Assembly (NCBI GenBank): GCA_038143065.1
Contig: JAYQLI010000035.1
Span: 2,208,894-2,272,893, forward strand
From: Rhodospirillales bacterium
GTDB lineage: Bacteria; Pseudomonadota; Alphaproteobacteria; Bin95
DNA length: 64,000 bases
Reading direction: 5' to 3'
The position numbers and the translations under genes are program-made. Below, one piece after another: positions 56,801-64,000 of the stretch; within the stretch, counting starts at the first letter, position 1, and each line of letters starts with the position of its first letter. Under the pieces are notes generated by a model, which was not told where the DNA came from, did not search any database, and saw only the letters and a list, made by a program, of their open reading frames with translations.

Positions 56801-57380
56801 CCGCCTCTCCGCGTATCACTAGTTGATCAAGAGCCTGCGCGATTAGGGGTGTTTGGTTACCCGCCATAATACTCCGAAGGGTGTAATTGCGTGCTTCTCG
56901 CAATAAATTATTAGCCGTCCGTTCGTCTAGAGTATGAAAGCCAGGTGGAACACCTGCTTCTGCTGGAAACCGTTCTAGTGCCGATTGGCAAAAAGAGTGG
57001 ACGGTCTGCACTTTCAAACGGCCAGGCGCATCAATGACCCTGGCAAATAGGGTTCGTGCGCGCTTTATCATTCTTTCACTACTGTCAGTCTCACCGATTG
57101 CGCGCAGTTGTTCTAGGATGGTTTGATCTTTTGCAGTTGACCACCCGGCAAGGCGACTGGTTACTCGATTTGTCATCTCAGCAGCTGCCGCTTTTGTGAA
57201 AGTTAGGCACAAAATTTTTTCCGGTGCCTGGTGGGCCAGCATTAGTCGGAGTACGCGATCAGTCAGAACTTTTGTTTTTCCTGAGCCTGCGGAAGCATCT
57301 ACCCATGCTGAGATTTTTGGGTTGGCGACACTTTGCTGTGATAGAGTAGCCAAGCTGATAGGGTCGAGCGCGTTATTCAC
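53877..57380 (-). CDS. addA: Double-strand break repair helicase AddA
   Basis: ASAGSGKT, VDEAQD, VGDPKQSIFSFQ, RLLYVAMTRAE, IDRL..DFKT nuclease. Confidence 0.96.
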   Translation of the reverse strand: MNNALDPISLATLSQQSVANPKISAWVDASAGSGKTKVLTDRVLRLMLAHQAPEKILCLTFTKAAAAEMTNRVTSRLAGWSTAKDQTILEQLRAIGETDSSERMIKRARTLFARVIDAPGRLKVQTVHSFCQSALERFPAEAGVPPGFHTLDERTANNLLREARNYTLRSIMAGNQTPLIAQALDQLVIRGEAETLDNLLQAFLSERARIEELGGWDNASKASLSFFGFAEEAEAVASASLGSIPPQLERNLHRIGSALAGGGKTDEARGSEINEWLTLPIEERSEATKLIFSAFFTGAGEESPRSKPASKNVISAHPWFADVYSEASEFFFNARERMRLAERALETVAALRVSGAVADRYDLMKLARSALDFDDLILSTRDLLQKNGGAQWAALKLDQGIDHILVDEAQDTNPEQWQVVRALADEFFQADTNPERTFFAVGDPKQSIFSFQRADPRAFGEVREHYEAMAKESGRNFESKPMPVSFRSVPAVLRVVDAAFSGHTSSLITLDNSSIQHFAARGALPGQVELWPPIPSLEVETTDPWIPLKSYPEVVSSPVTQLAAVVAGEIKRLIDDPNTHLPERPGQEQRGQKTRIKASDIMIVLQQRRPFGDAITKALKELGVATSGLDRMRLADQLVVQDILNVARVALLPEDDLALACILKSPLVGFTEEDLFRLAHNRGHLSLWQQLKREASKGETLASKAWSFVANALARADTNSPFDFFPWVLGPMNGRARLIAAMGDGVIDPIQEFLSLAIQYGEEIGPDLTGFIAWIERDATEIKRELEGIGNSVRIMTAHAAKGLQAPIVFLPDAIRAPAQDRVRLYWTRNQGLAVPILGATSAKKNPSIIQALVDEEANLQAEERRRLLYVAMTRAEDRLYVMGWNNRRSAPTETWHELVKTGMTTNFNELEKRRVDYSDEPILIYREGEEEKLEIDAPEKKTEAITQLPLPNWAVTPITAINPDIIYAPSGHIVDEQEETRAGISPLATQDRSSSQNSRFGRGLLIHKLLERLPNLTLSQREPAGKLFLQRSGRFNDDEANTILSRVLSIIEDPTFGAVFHADALAETPIAGFINGKRFAGVIDRLIVTEELVQIVDFKTNRPPPLDPETTPKEYLKQMAIYRELAKQAFSGKEILTGILWTEAPRLDVLKDNQLDAFTPQNTAVD

Positions 57381-60343
57381 GTCTCGTCTCCAAGGTCAAT
57401 TCGCCTGCGCGCAAGAACGCGATAATCGGAATATCGAACAGGCCCCCGCGGCTCTGAAAGATAAGGTGTATTTGGATCATCAAAACTAGAAATTAGGCGG
57501 GTCACACCCATCCAGACAATTTCTAACGCCTCATTCACGGCAGAGTCCTGTATTTCAACAACATTCCCTCCGTCGCGACCACCCAGTCTCCATATACTCA
57601 AGGCCTTTGTTCGTAGAGGGCCTAAGGCGCTAAGCTCACCATAACAGGCGATCGCAGCTTCTAAGGGTAATTGAGCTGCCCTTCCTGTCTGGATTTCTTT
57701 TTTAGAGGGCGCTGAACCGGTCTTGATGTCTGCAATCGCAATTTCGCCAGATGCTAGTATATCTACCCGATCTGCGCGGGCATGTATTTGAAACGTTCCG
57801 GCAGGTGCCGCTAAGGTTGCCTCTCCCCTTAGCTCCGCAAGGGTCCGAACTACTTTTAGATTACTCCGCCTATTTGTTTCTGCCGTTGCAGCCCATTTGG
57901 CAGCACGGGAAAATGCAGACTGCCAAAAGACCGCAACAGTAGGATCTCTGTTATAATCGGAGAATATCTCTTTGCTGATTTCTTCCAATGTGGCTTCAAT
58001 ATTGGGTGGTAAGATGACAGGCCATTTTGTTAGAAATTCTTCATAAATTGAATGGATAATTGTACCGCGATCAGCGGGGCTGGGAACTGGATCTAGTGTC
58101 TTTAAAACCTTTAGATTCAGGACCTTGTCTGCGTAAACGGCGTAGGGGTCATCCCTTAAGCGGATAATGCTAGAGGCAGATAGCTTCCTTGGTCTATTTT
58201 TTATCGGGGGTGCAAAATTTGGTGGAGGCATAACCTCATCTGGTAATGAAGGGTCTAAATTGGTTGACCAGTCTAGATATTTTTTTTCTTCTGATCTCAG
58301 ATTCGTTTTTCCAAATGCTGCGGTAATGGCATCTAACCGAGATAGCCAGCGGGAGGGTTTTGTTGGAGCCCCATCCCGGCGTGTGCTGTGCGTTAGCAGG
58401 ACATTGGGAAGAGAGGCGAGGTTGGCAAAATCATGCGCGGAAAGTCCAATGCGCCGCTCAGGGTCTGACATGCCTAGCGCCAAACGCATACCGCGACTTA
58501 TCCATGGATTTGCAGTTGGTGGGCGTGGCCAGATGCCTTCTTCTAGCCCTCCGATCGCTACCGCAGGCCAACTAAGTAGACGCGCTTCCAACACTCCTAA
58601 GATTGCTATTTTGGTTGTCGTTCTTCTTCGTTTTCGAACAACGGCGTTAGACAAAAAGTTACACACAACTTCGGCATAATCTTCGGCGAGTAAATTTGGG
58701 CTTGAATGAGAGGCGTCCAGTAATTCACCAATCAACCTTGCTGCTGCCTCACCGGAATCTCCCTGCCACAAAGTGTTTTCGCCGGGATTTTGTTCGTTAG
58801 AGGCGAGGACTTCAGCTGTTTGAATATGTGCTTCCACAAACTTAGAGAGTTCGAGGGGTTTTCCTATATTCAGTTGTGTGAGCGGATGAATTGCATTTGA
58901 TATTTGCGTTGCAAAATCTGCGAGAAGAATTTCCCCTTCACTTCTTAGAATTTCTATCGTTGCTTCCAAGCTTCTGGCTCGACGTTGTAGTTTGTCGTTT
59001 CGCCAAATCTTAATCTCAATTGCGCGGGCACGACGTCTGAAACGAGTTCGTGACATTCCTCCCGCAGTCAATGGGTGTTTTAATAGTGCTAGCAGGTCCA
59101 GGACACCTGCATCCGGTGCTGTGGCCGCTGCAATTAGACGAAGAAAAGAGCCTACCGGAGTTTCAATTAAAGCTTGTCCCGCAGAATCGTCAGTTTCTAT
59201 ATCCCACCGCTTAAGTTCTGTAGCTACGCGCCGTGCCAGCGCGCGATCAGGCGTGACGAGTGCAGCTGGACCATTTTCTATTTGCTGTCGCAGCCAAAGA
59301 GCGATGACACGTGCTTCTGCTTCTTCATTTGGTGCATCTATGCGATTAATGCCTTGGATGCCCTGTATCAATTCTTCTAATGTCAAATTACGCCACTGGT
59401 GCACTCTTTCCGCAGGACGCATTGCCTCTTGGAGGAAGCGCCTTCTCGATCTATGTCTCTCACTTTCATTTCCACTCCAGACCTGTACATCTGAAGGCTC
59501 AAGCTCCAGGTGTTTCAGAGTTTCCATCATAACGTGTTGTGGGTGAGTGGGTGTGTTAAGGATGGCTTCTATTTCAGCTTTGTCAGTCTCTAGCTCAAAA
59601 CCTGGCAGTACAATAATTCCTTCTGGAGCAGTAAGCAGTGAAGTCATTAGTGCGCGTGTTGATTTTGTGGAACCTGTTGAACCCGCAATTACGACAGGGC
59701 TTGTTAGGGTTTGCTCCAGCCATAGAGAGGCTTGAGCGTTGAGCAAGGCCTGCCTGCGGGTGGTGGCATCGATTTGACCTCGCTGATCCAAAACACATGG
59801 CCATGCATCAATTACTATCTCTAGGAACTGCATTACCTTTTGCCAGTGTTCGGCGAAAAAGTCTGGTTGAAGCCCTTTGATGGCCTTTGGGTCTGTTTGT
59901 TCTGCGGTGAGGTCATCAAGAAATTTGCCAAGTGCTTCTGCTAGCCGTAGGGCGCCCGCTAGTGGAAGTTTACTTACGTTTTCATTTGTGTGCTTGGCTT
60001 GAATAAGAGGGGCGAGTAGGAAGTTTCGTTCTGTATGAGAGATAGCTGGAGGTAATTGGGTGGCTATTTCAGACTCCACCAAAGCAGGCTCTACTTCAGA
60101 AAAGTTGAAATCATCCTCGTCAACGTCGCCAAGAGGGTAAGCCCGGGGTAGCAAACCCGCACCTTTTGTGTGCTTCAAGAAGGCTTCTGTTACATCCCGG
60201 CAAGCTCGACGCGTTGGGAGGTAAATACGAGTTTGGGCAAGTTTCTCCTGGGGAAAGGTTTTGATCAGGCCAAATGCCAAATTTTCCAAAAAGCCGTCTC
60301 CGGCTTGAATAGTGTACACACCCTTCAGAGTAGCTAATTTCAT
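57377..60343 (-). CDS. addB: Double-strand break repair protein AddB
   Basis: YLPTRRA, IAGSTGS, AALVTPDR, IGLSAHDF, RADR, DIKTG. Confidence 0.94.
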   Translation of the reverse strand: MKLATLKGVYTIQAGDGFLENLAFGLIKTFPQEKLAQTRIYLPTRRACRDVTEAFLKHTKGAGLLPRAYPLGDVDEDDFNFSEVEPALVESEIATQLPPAISHTERNFLLAPLIQAKHTNENVSKLPLAGALRLAEALGKFLDDLTAEQTDPKAIKGLQPDFFAEHWQKVMQFLEIVIDAWPCVLDQRGQIDATTRRQALLNAQASLWLEQTLTSPVVIAGSTGSTKSTRALMTSLLTAPEGIIVLPGFELETDKAEIEAILNTPTHPQHVMMETLKHLELEPSDVQVWSGNESERHRSRRRFLQEAMRPAERVHQWRNLTLEELIQGIQGINRIDAPNEEAEARVIALWLRQQIENGPAALVTPDRALARRVATELKRWDIETDDSAGQALIETPVGSFLRLIAAATAPDAGVLDLLALLKHPLTAGGMSRTRFRRRARAIEIKIWRNDKLQRRARSLEATIEILRSEGEILLADFATQISNAIHPLTQLNIGKPLELSKFVEAHIQTAEVLASNEQNPGENTLWQGDSGEAAARLIGELLDASHSSPNLLAEDYAEVVCNFLSNAVVRKRRRTTTKIAILGVLEARLLSWPAVAIGGLEEGIWPRPPTANPWISRGMRLALGMSDPERRIGLSAHDFANLASLPNVLLTHSTRRDGAPTKPSRWLSRLDAITAAFGKTNLRSEEKKYLDWSTNLDPSLPDEVMPPPNFAPPIKNRPRKLSASSIIRLRDDPYAVYADKVLNLKVLKTLDPVPSPADRGTIIHSIYEEFLTKWPVILPPNIEATLEEISKEIFSDYNRDPTVAVFWQSAFSRAAKWAATAETNRRSNLKVVRTLAELRGEATLAAPAGTFQIHARADRVDILASGEIAIADIKTGSAPSKKEIQTGRAAQLPLEAAIACYGELSALGPLRTKALSIWRLGGRDGGNVVEIQDSAVNEALEIVWMGVTRLISSFDDPNTPYLSEPRGPVRYSDYRVLARRRIDLGDET

Positions 60344-61122
60344 AATAGAGAAGCTTGACGGTAGTCATCCGCCATTGCACGCGCTTGAGCCAGGCGAGCA
60401 GGTGTTCCAACGTCTTGCCATCGGCCCCAGTGACTGACGCCAAATAGCCGGCCAGAGGAGGCAGCTCGATCGTAAATTTCATTTAGAGAAAAAGCACCAT
60501 CCGGTGGATCCGCAAAGGCTCGTGGATGCAAAATTTGAGCTCCAGTGAATAGGAACGGGACAGTTTCTGACTCGTTTTTGCGAGTCAGACGGCCAATTCC
60601 ATCCATCATAAAATCGCCTCTTCCAACGTATTCTGTGGCCCTCACCGTTGGCAGTACAAGTAAAAGAGCGTCCATTGTTTCTGGACGCCAGGCTTGTTTC
60701 AATGCTTCCAGTCCAGATGCGAGTGTTCTTGCCCACCAGGTATCAACATTGATTGCAAAGAATGGGGCCCTGTCTAGAAGTGGAAGAGCTTTGAGCACTC
60801 CACCGCCTGTTTCCAATGGCTCTTCCTCCAAAGAGAGCTGCACTGTCGGCTTTTTTATTGTTTTTTTGAGATGCGCCTCAATTTGATTTTTAAGGTGTGA
60901 TGCATTGATAACGACTTCTTTAACATTAGCTGCAGCAAGTCCGGCCAAAGCTTGATCAACCAGAGCTTCACCACCTACTTCGAGCAAAGCCTTAGGGGTT
61001 TGACGACCTAAAGCACCGAGGCGTGTGCCTCGTCCAGCCGCTAGTATCATCCCACATTTGATTTGCGAAGAAACGCTAGGAGCAAAATTAGAGAGAGCGA
61101 CTTCGGTGGATTCATCAATCAT
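60340..61122 (-). CDS. murU: MurNAc-alpha-1-P uridylyltransferase-like nucleotidyltransferase
   Basis: MILAAGRGTRL, PKAL, LETGGG, WQDVGT; between amgK and addB. Confidence 0.85.
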   Translation of the reverse strand: MIDESTEVALSNFAPSVSSQIKCGMILAAGRGTRLGALGRQTPKALLEVGGEALVDQALAGLAAANVKEVVINASHLKNQIEAHLKKTIKKPTVQLSLEEEPLETGGGVLKALPLLDRAPFFAINVDTWWARTLASGLEALKQAWRPETMDALLLVLPTVRATEYVGRGDFMMDGIGRLTRKNESETVPFLFTGAQILHPRAFADPPDGAFSLNEIYDRAASSGRLFGVSHWGRWQDVGTPARLAQARAMADDYRQASLL

Positions 61123-62120
61123 TTTATAGTCTCACCAAGTAACTTGGCCCGCTCTCGAGCATCTTCCGGGATATATCTATCTAAGTAATCACTGACATCT
61201 GAAAGGAGTGGATGAGACAGACTTGCTTCCAGAAGCTTCCAAGTGTGCTGCATGTGTTGCAAGTAGTCGGGCTTCTTATCTCTCCGAAAGAGGCGCACCC
61301 AAAGGGCGGCCACACGCATGTGCCTTTGTCCCCCATGAACGGCTATTGCGGCCGAAATTTCCTCGGAATTGAGATGTGGAAATGCGGCTTGATATCGATC
61401 TATGCAACGGGTTCGGATTTCAGGCTCAAGAGGTCTGCGGGCGTCTTCAATTAAGGATGCTAAGTCGTAGGCTAATGGTCCCCAGGCAGCATCCTGAAAA
61501 TCAAGCACGCCGCACGCCCCATCATGCAGGCGCATAAGATTATCCACGTGGAAATCTCTATGAACTAAACCAATTCCAAGATTTGGAGCTTCCTTAAGGG
61601 CAGTTCGCCAAAGATCAATAAATTCGTCACGTTGTTCGGGTGATGGTCCGCTTGGGAGTATTTCTGGCCAAAGCCAATCAAATACAATTGAAAGCTGTTC
61701 GGCTCTTAAGGAAGGAGAGAAGTCTGGAATTCCCGTTGGTTGGGCGCTAAAGCCTCTTCGTATCTGTATCAAATTATCAATAGCTAGGTCATACAGATTT
61801 TCTGCATTTTTGCCTTGTCTTAGCAGTCGAGTAAAAGTTTGATCGCCAAAATCTTCTAGTAAAACAAAACCGTTCTTATAATCAGCTTTAAGGATTTTTG
61901 GGGTTGAGACACCAGCTTCTGAGAGAAGTTGGGCTACTCTTATAAAAGCTTCAACATTCTCTTTTTCTAGATGTGCATCCATCAGAATTACATTTTGTCC
62001 AGCCTTGCCTATCCGAGCATATCGTCTGAAGGAAGCATCAGCCGCAAGCCATTTAATTGCTGCTTTGTTCCAGATAGTATCCGCAAGGAACGACCTTCGA
62101 GCTATTTCCCACTCTCGCAT
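61119..62120 (-). CDS. amgK: Anomeric MurNAc/GlcNAc kinase (APH family)
   Basis: DASFRRY, LLEDFG, HRDFHVDNL, DFQDA, YDLASL. Confidence 0.85.
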   Translation of the reverse strand: MREWEIARRSFLADTIWNKAAIKWLAADASFRRYARIGKAGQNVILMDAHLEKENVEAFIRVAQLLSEAGVSTPKILKADYKNGFVLLEDFGDQTFTRLLRQGKNAENLYDLAIDNLIQIRRGFSAQPTGIPDFSPSLRAEQLSIVFDWLWPEILPSGPSPEQRDEFIDLWRTALKEAPNLGIGLVHRDFHVDNLMRLHDGACGVLDFQDAAWGPLAYDLASLIEDARRPLEPEIRTRCIDRYQAAFPHLNSEEISAAIAVHGGQRHMRVAALWVRLFRRDKKPDYLQHMQHTWKLLEASLSHPLLSDVSDYLDRYIPEDARERAKLLGETIK

Positions 62121-63570
62121 CAGTAACCTGGCGGCGCTTGGAAAGATTGGTACTCACGCTCCAGCATTTTCGCTAGCTCGATTCCTGTAAAATCCTCAAG
62201 GAAGGGTGCAACAATTTGCACGCCGACTGGAAGCCCGGAGCGAGTTAATCCGATGGGAGCGGAGGTTCCTGGCAATCCAGGGAGGCCATTATAGCCTGCC
62301 CAGAAAAGTTGATCAGTTTGTGGGACTTCTTTTCCATTGACTATCATAGGACGCTCCCAACGTGGCCCTTTTTCATTTTGTTCAAAGGCGGCAGCTGATG
62401 CCACAGGGCAAAGAAGAACATCCCAATTTTTAAAGAATTCTTGCCAAACAGATCGCATTCGCATCCGTTCGTTATTTAGGCCAAGCCAATCTTTATGACG
62501 GATAACATTACCCCGAGCCATGGTTGCATAGTAGCTGTTATCATCTTGTTGTAGTTCCGAGACTTCCTTCAGATTTTTTCGATAAGTTCTGCAGGCTGTC
62601 GAGCGGAAGTCGCGGCGCGCAGCATCGTGACGTAGGTCTGATGAACGTTGACCATATCTAGTTCTGGTCTGGCACGATCGTCGATATGGGCGCCTTTGCG
62701 TCCTAACCAGTCAATTAAATTTTGCAATAGCTCTCCATACTCTCCATCCGTCTCACATGTTGGCGAAGAGCTAACGAAGGCCACGCGAAGGTCCTTGATT
62801 TTGCGTTTGCGAGGTTGCGGGGCATCAAAAGTCCAGGCTATTGCCTCTGTTGTTTCAGGCCCAGCCAGAGCTTTGAAAGCAACTTCAAGGTCGCTCGCAG
62901 AGCGTGCTAGAGGTCCTATCACAGAAATGTCAGTGAAGGCATGAGTGCCCGGCAACGAGTGACCTCTTGGCGGCAAAACTCCGTAAGTTGGTTTGTGTCC
63001 ATAAACTCCGCAAAAATGTGCTGGACATCGAATGGATGATCCGATGTCTGAACCGACCTCAAGCCCAGTCATGCCCGATGCTAGCGCTGATGCGGCGCCG
63101 CCCGAAGAGCCTCCAGGGGTGACCCCTATTTTCCAAGGATTATGAGTTGTGCCGTAGATAGCATTGAAGCTCTGAAGATCTGCCAGCATCAAGGGCACGT
63201 TAGTTTTGCCAAAAATAATAGCTCCTGCAGACTGAAAGCGTTCCACCGCCAATGCATTTTCTTCAGCAATATTATTTTGGAAGGCGGGGTCGCCCCATGT
63301 CGTGGGCAGTCCTTTTACGTTGAAGCTTTCTTTGACCGTCATTGGAACCCCATGAAGAGGGCCTATATTTTCTCCTGAAGCGATTGCTGTATCCGCTTGG
63401 AGAGCCTCAGCTTCTGCGGTCTCAAGATTAGTCTGAATAATAGCATTAAGTCTTGGATTGTGTTTTTCCATCCTAGCAACAAAATGTCTTAACGCTTCAA
63501 CTGCACTAATTTCTTTGTTTTTAATGGCAGACGAAATTTAGAGAGCGGATTTAAAGTGAAATTCAGTCAT
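62120..63570 (-). CDS. Amidase signature family protein (TAA at codon 11, frameshift near 62577)
   Basis: AAGGAG RBS and ATG at 63570; GPLHGVP..VKE, GGSSGG, GSDIGSSIR.PA; GLPVGVQ tail. Confidence 0.88.
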
Positions 63571-63821
63571 TTCGCTCCTTTCTGGCAGTTTAGCAGTCTC
63601 ATTGCTAGGACCGATTGAATTAGAATCACAAAGTTTGGACGCGTTGCCTAATACGGCATAGAATTAAGAGTCTATGCAGTACCTGAGTTATCTGCGCACC
63701 TCCGTTCAATCGCGATCAGGCGGATTGTGTTGCTGCAAAAATTTTGGCTTTGAAACTTTGATAGGGGTGAAAATCCTAAATTTCTATTAAAATTATGTTC
63801 GAGGAGAGTTCTCCTCTCCAT

Positions 63822-64000
63822 CTAGTCTAAAGGTGAAAATCCTTCCTCGCGCCTAATATCATTTATTACTTCCTTCACTCTGTCGCGAAGGGGCGCGTAC
63901 TGCAGTCCAAATTCTTCGATAAGTCGGCTATTATCGATCATAAAGTTTCCAGAAGTCTCTCTGCCGCCTGCTTTAGCTTCGAAGCGGATATCTGCGTTTG
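63822..64000 (-). CDS. 3' end of a probable NAD-dependent epimerase/dehydratase (partial)
   Basis: Open frame to the window edge: ADIRFEAKAGGRETSGNFMIDNSRLIEEFGLQYAPLRDRVKEVINDIRREEG. Confidence 0.5.
   Translation of the reverse strand, partial: NADIRFEAKAGGRETSGNFMIDNSRLIEEFGLQYAPLRDRVKEVINDIRREEGFSPLD

Noticed and set aside
53877-60343. Long antisense ORFs (e.g. 58167..58679, 58992..59546)
   Set aside because: Shadow frames of addA/addB with no recognisable motifs; the same applies to most short overlapping ORFs in the track.
63600-63730. Glycine riboswitch before the amidase
   Set aside because: Only an ACTCAGG fragment resembles it; the GGAGA/CCGAAG core and tandem aptamers are absent.

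Overview
This is a 64 kb chromosomal window from an alphaproteobacterium, Rhodospirillales-like by gene content and order (inference). Core blocks are selC, ubiE/mutM/rpsT/dnaA, hisZ-purA, hemCD-COG4223-hemY, rplU-rpmA-obgE-proBA-nadD-rsfS-rlmH, pyrD, lptD, accBC and amgK-murU-addBA-trxA. Between them lie many catabolic genes: a Baeyer-Villiger monooxygenase, CoA-transferase, N-carbamoylsarcosine amidase, flavin oxidoreductase, lyase, MmgE/PrpD, cyclase, GMC oxidase, GGT and amidase. I saw no integrase, transposase, prophage or CRISPR array. More than 15 genes are split by small indels, mostly single bases in homopolymers, which looks like long-read consensus error. Five in-frame stop codons, each explicable by a first-position G>T change, also occur, including two in dnaA. 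The best candidates for new biology are an Fe-S-less flavin oxidoreductase operon, an acidic proline-rich XRE antitoxin-like protein behind a GNAT, and a NodFE-like ACP/ketosynthase pair in line with an orphan LptD. Several decayed gene remnants are visible. All product calls come from recognising motifs by eye; no database search was run.
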